Shown: positions 13,458 to 26,909, numbered from the stretch's first letter. The stretch: 64,000 nucleotides of DNA from Lama glama (GCA_028534125.1 CM052816.1:45324001-45388000), one strand, 5' to 3'. Numbers and translations: made by a program. The notes: a model not told the origin generated them from the letters alone.

Positions 13458-14259
13458 GTCAAAATCAAAGCTGAAATTAAAAAATACCTTGTGACAAATG
13501 ATAATGAAAGCACAACCACTCAAAACCTATGGGACACAGCAATGGCAGTGCTAAGAGGGAAATAGCGATACAGGCCTTCCTCAAAAAAGAAGAACAATCT
13601 CAAATAAACAAGTTAACCCNNNNNNNNNNNNNNNNNNNNNNNNNNNNNNNNNNNNNNNNNNNNNNNNNNNNNNNNNNNNNNNNNNNNNNNNNNNNNNNNN
13701 NNNNNNNNNNNNNNNNNNNNNNNNNNNNNNNNNNNNNNNNNNNNNNNNNNNNNNNNNNNNNNNNNNNNNNNNNNNNNNNNNNNNNNNNNNNNNNNNNNNN
13801 NNNNNNNNNNNNNNNNNNNNNNNNNNNNNNNNNNNNNNNNNNNNNNNNNNNNNNNNNNNNNNNNNNNNNNNNNNNNNNNNNNNNNNNNNNNNNNNNNNNN
13901 NNNNNNNNNNNNNNNNNNNNNNNNNNNNNNNNNNNNNNNNNNNNNNNNNNNNNNNNNNNNNNNNNNNNNNNNNNNNNNNNNNNNNNNNNNNNNNNNNNNN
14001 NNNNNNNNNNNNNNNNNNNNNNNNNNNNNNNNNNNNNNNNNNNNNNNNNNNNNNNNNNNNNNNNNNNNNNNNNNNNNNNNNNNNNNNNNNNNNNNNNNNN
14101 NNNNNNNNNNNNNNNNNNNATGTTATGATAAATCACAGAGAAAAAAATGTGACAATGAGTGTGTATATGTCCATGAATGACTGAAAAATTGTGCTGAACA
14201 CTGGAATTTGACACAACATTGTAAAATGATTATAAATCAATAAAAAATGATAAAAAAAT
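13458..14259 (+). mobile_element. Relatively young L1 spanning an assembly gap
   Basis: The left flank encodes ORF2-like IKAEIKKYLVTNDNESTTTQNLWDTAMAVLRG. The right flank is an L1 3'UTR end (gacacaacattgtaaaatgattataaatcaataaaaaa). Confidence 0.85.
13620..14119. other. Assembly gap (500 N)
   Basis: Run of exactly 500 n. Confidence 1.
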
Positions 14260-14479
14260 CTTATTCTAAAATGTAACATGTTTATCCGGTAGTTCAAGGC
14301 AAGAAGAGGTGATTGAAAGTATTCTAGCTAAGAATGGTCATCTATACGAGATCAAAGTAGACAGTAACCAGAAGAGTGGATGTCAACAAGCCCACTGCCA
14401 TTTACATTTCCTAACCCCTAGGACTAACTTCATGTAGATTTTTTACATACTATTACTTACGATGTACTTATGTAATAGA

Positions 14480-14997
14480 CATAGATGCTAGCTGCCCATC
14501 CAGTATTTATTGTTCCTTTTTCTGGTAACAGCACTTCAGAATTTCCTTTGAGAGGAAATTGACCTCACTCTTCCTTGCTCTAAGAATGGGCCACCGACCT
14601 GGCCAATGAATGCAATTTGCTCCCCAACCCACAGGGATAAGCTCAGAGATGGACACTGACTTCATGAAGCCGATGAGACTCACATTTAAGACTTTTGCTG
14701 GTATTCTTGAAAAGAAAAAAAAACTCTTTGATCTAAAATGGTAGGATGAGAGCCTGAAGCCACCAGTTATCATGTTGCCACCCTGAGGGAAGCATCTTGC
14801 AGTCATAAAATGAAAGATTGATTGCCATGACACCAACCCCTGGATGGTGACAGTGCTATGTCAACTGAACGCTCGGATTCAGCAATGCCTAGAGCCATTC
14901 ATTCACAGCAATTAACGTACATAATCTTTAAGGCTGACGCCCTGCCAGTTTGCACTGGGTTTCTGCCTTTTGTATTAGCACAAATTCTAAGTAATTA
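14480..14997 (+). mobile_element. Old MaLR solo LTR (MLT1K/L-like)
   Basis: ttttttctggtaacagcacttcagaatttcc...ttaaggctg...ctgggtttctgccttttgta end motif. Confidence 0.65.
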
Positions 14998-15894
14998 AAT
15001 CTTGCTTCATAAAATGTGCAGATTTTTATTGAATCAGTATTAATGTGCTTTAGGACAATGCTTTTGAAAGGAGTATCAATAGGGCTATTCCATAAAAGGA
15101 TTTTAAATTCACTTCTTAATTTATTTGCATGAATATACAGTATGTTTTTTCCATGAGCTGATTTAAAGCAAACATGAGATGCAAGACTTAAGAGTGTCTG
15201 TAACTTCTTAGAAGGGCAAAAGTTGCCTTTCACACCTAAGAACCCAAAGCAAATTCTATTTGAGGTCAAGATATTGAGTAACATAAATCTCATCTTTTCT
15301 ATCAACACCTCTCTTAAAGAGGCTCTGCCAAAAACTCCGTCCTACAACACTGCTATGTAAATCTCCCGTATCAAGTTTACTGATGGCATCTCCAATGGCA
15401 TCTCTGTCCAGGGCCTAGGACGGCAGAGGGAACTGTTCGAGAAACCCAGCTGGCTACCAGAGCTGTCTGGAACTTCAATTGACTCCCAGTATTTAAGGGC
15501 AGGGATTGCTGGCAGAGTAGGAGATTGCATTCCAGGAAACCCACCTGGGACTTCTTGCAGGAGATCAGCCCTTAAAACACAAGGTCAGAGGGGGAAGAAG
15601 ATGCTCAGAAACTTGCAGAAAAGGATTTCCTTTCCCTTTCAGAACCAGATTCTTTTCTGGGTGTCTGTATGTTGCTTTCTTTTTCTAAGTCAATATGGAA
15701 AACCCAGCATGTTCTTGGTAAAAACTGGGTAGGGCTGATTATGAATACTTTCAATAAAATAATTGTGTTTTACATTGTCTTTCAGTGTATGATATATATT
15801 CTGTACTTTCAAACATGTAATAATTAGTGTTTTATTTCTATGAACAATTTAGTTATACTGACTGACAGGAAGAGACGCTTTTCCTTCTAGTTTC

Positions 15895-16050
15895 CTAGCT
15901 TTAAAACTTTAACTCGCATTAGAATCCTCTGAGGACTTGCTCAAAGTGCAGACCCCCAGGGCCTACTCCAGACTTGAGGAACCTCAATCTCTGTAGGCAG
16001 AGCCTAGAGATCTGAATTTTCAGGTGACACAAGTCACCTAAGAACCACAG
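15895..16050. mobile_element. MER5-like hAT fossil
   Basis: aaactttaactcgcattagaatcctctgaggacttgctcaaagtgcagacccccagggcctactccagac...aagaaccac. Confidence 0.7.
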
Positions 16051-16827
16051 CAATTCACATCATGGGTGCCGTGATGCTTTTAGCATAATATCTTATTTAT
16101 CCAGAGCCACTGAGTTAAAAATTTGAGTATAATATTGCTTTGACTGGTTATTTTCTCTGTAATCACTCCCTTTATTCATGCCATGGGAAGATAAGGTGTT
16201 CCTGACTCACTGCTGCAATGGCAGCATGATTGAAACAAACAGCTTCAGTCCTCCTTCAGTGACACAGAAAAAGACATTTCATAGATTCCCATGGATCCAT
16301 TGATGCATTATAACTTGAAAAGTTGACATTTTGGGGTTGTGCTTATTTTTTTTACTCTAAATTTTAACATGGAATTATAGGAAAGTATCTGATATTTCAT
16401 ACTTTATACTAGGACACATTCTGCCAATTGTGGTCTAAATGCAGTTTACATGGTTCAGTAGCTGGTCCATCAACACTGCAAGAGAGGACATTGCAATAAG
16501 AAAAAACATATACAAAAAATGGAAAGTTTAGCACCAGCATACAGAATAAGGCTCCTCACGAGTTGCATATATTCATTTTGAAAGCCACATTTACAGTAAG
16601 TCATGTCTGAAATAACGCGTTAATTCTTGTGGCCTGCTGGATATCACTGAATGCAATAGGACAACAGTTTCATAAATGATTCTCCCACTGGAACTCCTCA
16701 AATTACAGCCTAAACATCCCTAGGTTTTATAATTATGTGACAATTTTGAACATCCAAGTCCTCTTCTCTCCTTACCCTCCCATTATCAGCGCCACACCCT
16801 CTCTTTTCACTATCACTGGGAATAATG

Positions 16828-16945
16828 TCAGAGACCATTTTTATTACTAATATCTCCTATCTCCAGTATCTACTAGAGTGCTTGGCACAAAAAAGAATCT
16901 TGAACACTTCTTGAATGAATAAACTGATGAATGAATAAATGAATT
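16828..16945 (+). mobile_element. L2 3' end
   Basis: agagtgcttggcaca...ttgaatgaataaactgatgaatgaataaatgaat tail. Confidence 0.75.
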
Positions 16946-17649
16946 AAATGGCTTTCTTTTTTTGGGTCACATTATTTTTTATTCCATCTTAACTTTACTC
17001 AGTCTATCTACTCAAACTGTTAACATTTGACACAGGATACCTAAAATCCATCAACCTTGCCCTTGGCAAGCTTACAGGATTGACGTCTGCTTCCTCAACT
17101 GATGATCCTGAAGAACAGAGAATGGTTTTCACAGAATACTAGCCAGCATTCCCCCTCCCGGCTAAGTCCCAAGGTTAACTCTTCTTTAATCAATACTCAG
17201 CTTAAGGAAATTCAGACACAAAAAGAGGCCAAGAAAGAGACCTGGGTCAAAAGTCTGGAGCCACGTATGCGGGAATTTATCTCTGGTTTGTGTGTGAAGC
17301 TTGCAGGAGCTGACGTGGTAACCGGACTATTTAAGAGCAATAACCCTCCAGGGTATGGAAGTTTCTGAAGAACTTCCCACCACACACATTGCCTCGATCC
17401 AAATAGATATTCAATAAGTCTTTCCTGAATGAACAAAAGATATTTTTTTGTTGTAAAGGCAAAGTATGGCCTAAATTAGTCAGGTAAATGCTGATTAAAA
17501 ATTACAAACAAATATATATTTGAGCCATCTCAATTTTAAACATGTTTTAAGCATCTGTGAACCTGACCCGGTGTCTGGCAGGGAGCAACTGTTTCTTGTT
17601 TTCCATGGAAAACATCCACATGAGCAACACTACTTGATACACAGTAGGT

Positions 17650-18360
17650 GAGTAAATTAATAAGGAGAGAAAAAGCTACATAAACGATACAAGAAAATAT
17701 GTGATTAGTGCCACAAGAGTGTTTAAATAAATAGAAAGCTATTCACAGGAGAGAGAGCCTGCCTACCGGGAAAATGAAGTAAGGCTCCTGGAAGTCACGG
17801 AATTTAACCCCAAAGTATACACAAGATTCTAACAGAGAAGTAGGATAGGAAGACTGAAGGCGATTTAGTAAAACAAACGGTACAAGCTAATGGATAGAGA
17901 AAAGAAGGAGTACGATATTCAGAGGAGGATAATAAGTATTCCAACTAGACTGGAACAAGTGGCATGTCTAACAGTCACAGACCAAGCTGAAAAGGTGTCC
18001 AGGGACACTGCAAGTCAGGTGAAGGGAAATCACTTTTTATTTAGGAATTAGGAAACCACTCACCAGAAGAAAGTAAAGGAAGATAGACCAGCCTGGCCCT
18101 AACGTAAAGAGAGATGAAAGGGGACCAGCGGGCTCCTAAGGCTGATTTTATTTCAGTATTTCAGGTCATGGATTCAAGTGGGAGAAGTAGGAATGGAAAC
18201 AAAAGGTCAGCTGTGAGGTGTCCTGCAAGGGAAGAACTGGAAAGCCAGGGAGATTTTATTTGCAGAGAAGAATGGAGGAGGGGAATGGAGTCGAGGTAAG
18301 TTCAGATACCTGGGAAACTTCTCAGAATAAAGAGATCATGGCTCATTTCCCAGGGAGGAA
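17650..18360 (-). mobile_element. Degenerate L2 fragment
   Basis: Purine-rich, with decayed antisense L2 motifs (tttaggaattaggaaaccact; gaagaactggaaagccagggagattttatt). Confidence 0.5.
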
Positions 18361-21206
18361 AGTGTTTTAGTTTAAATGGATACATCACTTAATTGCTACT
18401 ATTATCAATGGAATGCCATTTGAAGCTAATAAGATAGCTTTATTAGGTGTGAAACCAAGTCTTTTTAGCACCACTTTTTTTTCTTGCCGTACTAAATCTA
18501 AATAAATTTTGTGAAAGGAAAGCATAAACCATTTTATTAACAGATAAACTGATAATGATAAGGGGATATAAGAGGAAGAATAGAGAAATTTAAAATTCAT
18601 CATATTCTAGTTTCATAGATGAGTGATGCTATGTATGTACACAAGATGCTAATATGCTAATACATCTAAAGAGTCCATAAAAGTAAATAATTTGAACTTA
18701 ATAGTGTTCTAAATGAATGAGGAAACATGTGCAGTGAAATCTCCTAAGATCTAGGCTAATGCTTTTTGCCACTTCGTAAGGCGACGATGACTAGATGAGG
18801 AAAGTGGAAGAAAGGGAAATGGACACAGAACTATGAAGAGAAGCTGAATCCCAGAAATCAGAAGAGAACTACAAATGACATGTTCTTAATTACAAAAATA
18901 TTCTAATTAAAATTTTCTTCCTTTGAAAATAAATGGTAACAAAACTTAGTGAAGACTCCAATATAAATGTAAAAGAGAGATATTTGACAAGAGATATTCC
19001 TTTCTACAAAACTTTAAGGTGCCACATATGTTTAGCCTTAAACATTTTTATTATAAAAGCAGTAAAGCGAGTTGGTGATAAAAACAACCAGAAAAACAAG
19101 CAGGAAGTAAAGGCCTCCTGACCCCATTCCTCATCTCATTCCCTAGAGAAAAAAAACCTGTTAGTGGTTTGCTGTCCACTGTTACAGACTTGTTCTGTGC
19201 ACGCTGACATTTGCAACATAAATTGAATTCAATAAAATATGTTGCTATCTCTTTCCAAGAAATCACTCATTTAACAAATAGTAATTGTGCACTATGCTAA
19301 GAATCCAAAGTCAAATAATGTCTGGATTTTACTTTCAAGGAATCTATTACCTATTGGGAAAGAGAGAGAAGTCAGTCAATTATTACAATACAGAACTTAG
19401 TAGTTTGAGAATCATTACTTTGTCTAATGCTTATTGAATATTTCAAAAAATTTCAGAAAATTTCTATCAATTAAGACTTACTACATTCCAGTGGAATGAA
19501 AGGTGATTTCTAGGATGCAAAATCTACATTTTCAGGAGGTTTCTAGTGCAAGTAATGCAAGAGTTAGCCAGACATTTCCAGGTAAGTCAGGCAAAGTTTC
19601 TTTACCATGGAGTGACTATCACTTAGAGTGCTCATTTTTCCAGTGGTTACAATAACTGAAAATACCTGTGACCTAAAATTTTTCATTTAATTTTTGCCTC
19701 ATCCAAAATCCATTTGAACAACTGTGAACACTGATTTCCCTACTTCCAAATAGTTTAGAACTCAGAAAAAAACAACACTGACTATTCATAACTATGTCTG
19801 TACAAGGGCAAACAAGAGTCAGTGAAAAGTCTGATATCTGAGAACAAGATTGGTGTTTTAACTCAGCCTTTGTGTTCAGTCAAGCATTTCCCCTCCTTTA
19901 GAAGATGGACAGATGTGTGCTCATATTTGCGTGGTGCTTTGATCCACCCTAGGAACTGCGTATGAAACTACCGCTTCTCAGAAACGCTGAATGAGATCAT
20001 TATTCATTACTTAGGAAGCCCGTGTGTCATGTTGCATTTAGCTTTTATGCACTCCCATTCATTCTGTTCCCCTACTAACATCCACTTCCTATCCCGGCCA
20101 GCTTTCAGTAACTCATATTTAAAGGCTATTTCGTTGTGACTTACTGTAGACTAATTTTTGTCAATGACATGCTATGATGAGGGCAGTTTTATTAGGGTGA
20201 CCCTGATCTGGACAATGACCTTTTGTTTTTGTTAACACTTTAATGGAACATATTTAAACATATGGTCTTAATTTTCTGATACTTTTAGTCTCTCTTTTTG
20301 ACTCCAAAGACCTGACGAGCTGTGATACAGTGTTTTGAAAGCCACCCAATTTAGTGCTGTATGCACTTACAGCACAACTTATTAAACACATATTATACTA
20401 ACTTTGGTCCATGACATGACTGGTCTCTCTTCTGCCATTAGAAAATGGGAATATAAAACTTATATGGGATTCTTTTTATTAAAATTATACTCAGAAGTTA
20501 CAGCTTTAACAAAAGGAAATTTGTAATTATTTTTCATTATTTGGCTCTAATTATCTGTCACAGATATTTCTTATGACAAAGCAAACATCAGCAGTGTGAA
20601 TACCTGGAACAAAAAAAATCATTCTGAAATCTCCCAGGAACATTTTATTTCACTTTAAGGGAAACCAGAAGGAAGTCATTCTTGGGACTTGCCAGACCTG
20701 TATGATTTGCTTCGTCTTGTTTCAGTTCCGTCCAACATAACCGGGTGGTACGATCGGAGAACGTGTGTCCTGACTGCAATGCAGGGCTAGCAAAAATCTT
20801 ATCAGGGGAAATACTGACAGTTCTGGATACCACATCTATTCTCTTCATCATTTCCTGATGAAAGATCATTTTGCAGAGATTCTGGGAGTGGAAGGTCAGA
20901 GTGGCTTCCTATCATCTCATATCTCTATGAGGGAAAAAGTTACACTTGGAGGAAACTTAGGAAATGGTCAATAGTCTTCACACTATTCTATCTCTGATTT
21001 GCTCCTAGGGACTACACATTTTGAAGACTTTTATGAATTGAAGAGACAGCAAGTCACATACGAAGACAAAAGATTAGGAGGATAACATCAGTATCAACTT
21101 GGGGGGAGTGTCAGTGTCCCTACTCCACCACCAACAAGATTTTTTAATAGAATTCTCTGAAAATGATTGTTATGATTTGTCAACATTTGCTTCTAAGGAG
21201 CTACAA

Positions 21207-21625
21207 ACAGTGCGGCACTGAGGCTGGCTCGTACATGCTCATGAGAACTAATTGTTAAATTTTCAAGAATTTTGTGAACTAGTTGTTAAACACAGTCATT
21301 ATTTTTAAAAGTAAAATTACATAGACTTACAATTAAGTTAATTATATTAAAAGCAAAGGTAAAAGATACTCAAACCTCACTACTTTTAAATGATTTTACT
21401 ACATTTTATTATTACCCATGCATCTAAATGATCTGTGTGGTGAAAATGTCACATAATGGTGTCATTATGCAACCCTTTCCATCTCTTGTTTTCAGGGATG
21501 TCACATTGGCAGCTTGAACCGAGCCATAGTGAGAGCACTGACAACATGGAAATTAACTAATGCTACAGATCTGTTGTTCCCCGGTCCCATGGGCCATTTG
21601 TTAAACATCTACCAGAACGACATCT
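21207..21625. mobile_element. MER63-like hAT-Blackjack non-autonomous DNA transposon
   Basis: Characteristic attgttaaattttcaagaattttgtgaactagttgttaaacacagtcatt start and ttgttaaacatctaccagaacgacatctg terminus. Confidence 0.8.
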
Positions 21626-21940
21626 GCAAGGTAAGTTCCAGGATTTCAAAGAATAACTTCATAGATTGCCTTAAGTATTCTTAGAAGGTCTCATAGAGTA
21701 AACAACTTCTGACTAGACCTTAAACACTGAGTTAAAATTCATTGGCAGAGAAGAAGGAAAATGCTCTTCCGGAAAAGAACAAAGGGTAAAGCATGAAATG
21801 CCCTTGGCATGTTCTGCAAAGGGTTAACTATTGAATATGTTGAGAGCAGTTGTTTCTTAGACTTTTCCACTTAGAGCCATAAATGACAAAGAATGAATGG
21901 GTAATTATGGGGATCTGAAGTTGCAGCTTGAAAAGGCTCA

Positions 21941-22099
21941 TGGGACGTTGTGTCTCAGTGGTAGAGTGCTTGCTTAGCACACATGATGTCCTGGGTTCAA
22001 TCCCCAGTACATCCACATAAATATATTAAATAAACAAACAAACATACCTAATTACTTCTCTCCTCACACACACCAAAAAAAAAAAAAAAAAAAAGAAAA
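21941..22099 (+). mobile_element. tRNA-Ala-derived camelid SINE (Vic-1-like)
   Basis: ctcagtggtagagtgcttgcttagcacacatgatgtcctgggttcaatccccagtacatcc, then cctaattac and a long poly(A). TSD aaaaggctca at 21931-21940 and 22100-22109. Confidence 0.92.
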
Positions 22100-22583
22100 A
22101 AAAGGCTCACGGCTAAGAGAAACTTCTTTAACTTTACCTATTTTACCTTTAAAATTGATCAGAATTTCCCCTTATCTTTATGTATTTTCACTTGAGATAA
22201 GGTTTGTCTTCTTCACCTTCTTTCTCTCATCTCGACCTCTTCACTAGGAGGGGAAAGGTCTTTCAGGTACTTAAAGACATGAGGGGAAATCAGTATTATC
22301 AAAGGAAACAGAAGTAGTTCTTCTATATGCTCTGCTCTGATGGTGTACATGTCCACCAATAAACTCCCAGGATGGAGAGAGAAATGGGCAAAGATGCAGG
22401 AGAAGGATGGACCAGGGCCAAGGAGAAAGAAAAGGAGGCAGAGAGATCAAGAAGGGAAAGTGTCTTGGAATGGCTCTAAGCACTGAAAGCTATGCTACAG
22501 AGATACGTTTTCAAACCATTCCCTAGACTCCAAATATATGTATGATCAGGTATCAGTAGCCTGTGGCCTTTCTTATAATGAAC

Positions 22584-23160
22584 CAGAGGTGGATGCACAG
22601 GAAGCTAATGAAGCTCGTGCTTCAGGGCCACTCATCTGCACCAACTCTTTTCAAAGGCCTGGGAGTGGCCCTAGCAGTATGTTCATCCTGTCAAGAGTTT
22701 TTGTAAAATTTATAAAACTAAGATTATTTAATTGTAATCAGTTAAGACTGCGGTCTTTTCAGTCCCAACTCCCCTTTTGCCCTACTGCCTGCTGAGTTAG
22801 GTGATACTGGAATGACTGATAATTTGGGATGTGGCTAAGGGGCAGTTCAGATGGGGATACATTTTGCTGGAATGTGTGGGATGGACTTATATGGCTGAGA
22901 GCCACGTCAATGTAGCACGGAGTTGTCAGACATCATCCACTGTACCACCTCACTGGGCATCAGTGGCGAGAACATGCAGGGTCAGAGGTTCTACAGAAGT
23001 ACGAAAATGTGCATCTGAGTCCAGCCTAAGAAGAGCATGGAGGAGGAACAAGGTTTAGAGTGGATGTACTTTGAAGGTGGTCTGTGGAAAATGCTTCCAA
23101 TTATTATCAGACTCCCATTTCTCTTCTGCCAGAAATGTAGCCAATGAAAAAAAATGATAA
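22584..23160. mobile_element. Arthur1-like hAT-Tip100 DNA transposon fragment
   Basis: Terminus cagaggtggatgcacaggaagctaatgaagctcgtgcttcagggcc; internal ggctaaggggcagttcagatggggatacattt and ggtctgtggaaaatgcttccaat. Confidence 0.75.
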
Positions 23161-23190
23161 ATATTTTATATACTTACTTTTGTTACACTA

Positions 23191-23530
23191 AGACTTAATT
23201 TTTTTAGAGCAGTTTTGGGTTCACAGCAAAACTGAGACGAAGGTACACATGCACAGCCTCCCCCATGGTTAACCTCCCCGGTGGGAGTGGCACATTCATT
23301 ATAACTGGTGAACCCACACTGGCGCATCGTAATCACCCTAAGCCCATAGTTTATATCACGGTTCACTCTTGGTGTTGTACGTGGTATGGGTTTGGACAAA
23401 TGAATAATGATGTTTCCAGCATTATAGTATCCTACAGAATAGTTTGACTGCCCCAAGAAATCCTTTGTGCCCAACCTATGCTGCTCCCTCCCCCAACCCC
23501 TGATCTTTTGAGTCCCTCCACAGTTTGCCT
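23191..23530 (-). mobile_element. L1MC-like 3' end
   Basis: ttttagagcagttttgggttcacagcaaaactgag...gaacccacactggcgcatcgtaatcaccctaagcccatagttta. Confidence 0.85.
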
Positions 23531-23966
23531 AGCATCTGAACCTGCCCCTGTAAGGCCCTGTGCATGTGCTCCCACTCAAACATCACAGACCAGAGTATTA
23601 TGAGTCTAGCATAAAAATAACATTTTAACTTAACAAGTAAATTACTTTTAGCTTAGATATTTAAATAAAATTATGTCAGGAAGATGAGCCATGTCTATCC
23701 TGAGGCTCTGTCTACAACTCAGGGGTGTTCTATGAGTACCCTAGTTTGGAAATACATATATCCAAGGCTTAGATACACAAGTGGCTATGGAGGGCTGAAA
23801 AAAATATAGGTTGGGACCAATATTAAGGTCCCAAGCAGTAAAGGTATTGCCTGCTGTTTATAGGAGTTGGATTTTTTTCCCAGAAAGTTGCTGAAGCGTT
23901 TTAAGCAGATAATGTTTTAGAACGAACTTTGGTTATAGTACAAGAAAAGAATTAAAAAGGGGAGTA

Positions 23967-24040
23967 TTTTTTTTTCTTCCACCCTCTAGAAAAAAAAAAA
24001 AGAAAAAAAGAAAAAAAAAGAAGAAAAGAAAAAAAATAAA
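23967..24040 (+). mobile_element. Very short retrotransposed insert (T-tract, 14 nt, A-rich tail) with TSD
   Basis: Flanked by a perfect direct repeat taaaaaggggagta at 23953-23966 and 24041-24054. Confidence 0.75.
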
Positions 24041-24069
24041 TAAAAAGGGGAGTAAATAATACAATAATC

Positions 24070-24295
24070 AACTCTGAAGCTATTGCAGTAGACTCTGTTC
24101 AAGACCATGAGGCCCTGAATTAGGCCTATGAAATGGAAAAGGACAGGAGGGAACAGGTTTTAAGTGTTATCAAAAGGATCAATAGCCCTGTGACTAACAG
24201 GATGTGGAAAGTGGGTGAGAGAGAGCTGCCAGAGATGACTCTCAATTTTCTTGCTTGAGCAACCAGAGCAGTAATACTGCGCATAAGAAGGTGGA
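24070..24295 (-). mobile_element. L2 fragment
   Basis: gaagctattgcagtag...gagatgactctcaattttcttgcttgagcaaccagag. Confidence 0.7.
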
Positions 24296-24517
24296 GAATG
24301 CAACATAAGCAGATCTTCACAACATAAATAATAATGGCAAACCGATTGGAATTGTTGCCTTAAAAAAGTTTTGATAGACTTTTAAAACAGAGTTTTAAAA
24401 TACTGTTAAACTCTTTTTTATATGAGTTATCTTGGGATATCTTTTCCCCTTTGGAGAAGTCAATTTTTGGGTTTTCAGTTATATCGTAGGTGTTTAGTAT
24501 CAACTACCAACTAGACT

Positions 24518-24759
24518 CTTTTTTTCAATTGAAGTACAGTCAGTTTACAATGCTGTGTCAATTCCTGGTGTACAGTGTAAATAGTTCAGTCAGACATGGA
24601 TGTACGTGTATTTGTTTTCATATTCTTTCACATTATAGGTTACTACAAGACACTGAATACAGTTCCCTGTGCTGTACAGTAGAAACCTGTTGCTTATCTA
24701 TTTTATATATAGTAGTTAGTATCTGCAAATCTCGAACTCCCAATTTATCCCTTCCCACT
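24518..24759 (-). mobile_element. 5'-truncated lineage-specific L1 3' end
   Basis: ttttttcaattgaagtacagtcagtttacaatgctgtg...ataggttactacaagacactgaatacagttccctgtgctgtacagtag. TSD caactagact at 24508-24517 and 24760-24769. Confidence 0.88.
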
Positions 24760-25519
24760 CAACTAGACTGTTGAAGCAAATCAGTCAACCACACTTATTG
24801 ACTGAGTATTTTCTGAGTGTTCACCCTAAAATCAGCACAGATAAGTTATAAAGTTAAAAGTGAATTCTGAAAAAGCATACAAAGTATGCTCTTTGAATGC
24901 AGGACTGAATGTAGTATGTTATATATAAAAGCAATTAAAAAATACAAATCAGTATTTCAGGTTTACGAAAGAGAATAAAATTATAAAACACTGAGGGAAC
25001 AAGAACTTTAGAGGTCATTTATTAACTTCCCACCAATGTCTGACTCTCCCAGTTAACTCTCCTGGTCTCCTATTTTGTCATGCCACATGTGAAGAAAGCT
25101 GTATTGTGCCCCTAAGAATTCTCCTTCACAAGGCCCTGCTTCTACCCATGACCTCTGTGAGACAGCCAGAGTTCTTTTGCTTCTGCTAGCAGTCCACCCC
25201 TCCAACTGATACTACTGACTTTTATCCATTGTTTCCAAGCCGGCAGTTCACCAAATTTGCAGGAGTGGTAGAAATAAAGGGGGCTGTGTTGGGCATGGTA
25301 CTCTGAGAGGTACGGTTCCTAGGAAAGATATATTTCACAGGAATGGAGATAGGAAAATCCCTGGCAGCAAAGTCTCCTGGAGGCTGACATTCTTCATGTA
25401 TTCCTTCGGTTTGAAGTGTAAGACAACAAGGCTATGTAGGCAGATGAAAATGCCACTACTGTCCTACAGACCTGCAGTAGATGTAGGCTATCAATCACTG
25501 TTAATCAGGCTATTACTAT

Positions 25520-26392
25520 GTACAGAGACCTTAAATCAACCTTGATATTTAAAAAGAAGATTCTAACTAAGAATACAGTGAGTGGAGCGAGCCACCATAG
25601 CTTCATGTGTTGGGACAACACAAGGCTCCATGGAGATCTCATTCCAGAATGAGTGAATAATTTTAAAAAAACAACATGGGATACATGAGAAGAGACAGTG
25701 AAGTCCCCAAAATCAAGGAAAAAAAATCATGATTTTGAAAATTATTAAGGGGCCAGAAAAAGAATTAAAAATTCCTGAGAATCTAAGTAGAATATAAGAA
25801 GGCAAAGTCTAAGGAAAAGAAGCAAAATAAGGCCCAGACAAAACTATCTGAAGGAACTATCCAAGAAGCAAAAGAAATGAGGGAGAAAAGCGGTAACAAC
25901 TGAAATCGGCGTTGGAAGCAGTGATGAGCAGAAGGACAATTCAGAAAGCTGACTGACGGGGCAGACTAATTCGAAAAGCTGTGGCAGGATGCCTGGGGAA
26001 AAGTCGAAGAGTGGAAATCATTTTTTTAAAGTATGATTATTATGATGACAGAAGACAAGGTATAGTAGTAAGTATTCACTATACTTTAGAATCTCTGATA
26101 CTAGAACAATGGGAAAAATAGCAAAGAATGTATATATGATTGGAAAACTCAACTGAACAGAACACACCATGTCTGTGGAGTTAAGAGCCCAAGTGCCATG
26201 TGACAAATATTTCATCAAATACTATAAAGGACATCTTTAATAGGAACAAAGCTCTCACAAATCTATTAAAAAAAAAAAGAAAAGCAAAAAACATGAACCA
26301 TTTTTAAGAGAAGTACAAATGACTTAAATATATAAAAGTGTATTCAAACTCCCTGATCTCATTAAAGAAATAGCAATAGAAACAATAAATCA
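25520..26392 (+). mobile_element. Ancient L1 remnant fragments
   Basis: A-rich, with decayed L1 motifs such as aagtacaaatgacttaaatatataaaagtgtattcaaactccct. Confidence 0.5.
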
Positions 26393-26395
26393 TGG

Positions 26396-26907
26396 CACGT
26401 GATCATTAATTTTATTTGTTCACTTGACTGGGCCATGGGATGCCCAGATATTTGGTCAAATATCATTCTGCATGTGTTTCTGAGGGTGTTTTTGGATGAG
26501 ATTAATATTTAAGCTGGTAAATAAACTGAGTAAAGCAGATTGCGTTCCCTAAAATGGGTGGGCCTCACTCAATCAGTTGAAGGCCTAAATAAAACAAAAA
26601 ACTGATCTTTCCCTGAGTAAGAGGATCAAAGACCATCCTATCTTATACTCTTTGAACTGGGACACTGGCTTTTCTCTTGCCTTCAGATTCCAATGAAACT
26701 TTGTCTCCTCCTAGGTCTCAAGTCTGCTAATTTTTGGACTGGAATTATCCCATTGGTTTTCCTAGATCTCCAGCTTGCTGACTTTCTCTGCTGATCTTGG
26801 AAATTGCTAGCCTCCATAATCTCTTGAGCCAATTCCTTACAACAAATTTATATCTACCTACCTACCTACCTACCTACATTCTATTAGTCCTGGAGAAGCA
26901 TACTACA
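26396..26907 (+). mobile_element. MLT2 (ERVL) solo LTR
   Basis: taattttatttgttcacttgactgggccatgggatgcccagatatttggtcaaatatcattctg...ctgagtaaagcagattg...agcctccataatctcttgagccaattcctta. Confidence 0.9.
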
Positions 26908-26909
26908 CT

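Noticed and set aside
13529..14214. About 200-aa ORFs on both strands
   Set aside because: Artefacts of translating the N gap.
17310..17340. tgacgtgg followed by tatttaag, resembling a CRE plus TATA promoter
   Set aside because: No CpG island or downstream gene structure, and such motifs are common by chance.
21941..22015. tRNA-Ala-like sequences (also at 5064, 27050, 50045 and 63423)
   Set aside because: Mutated stems, shared AT-rich and C-rich tails, poly(A) and in several cases TSDs show they are SINEs, not tRNA genes.
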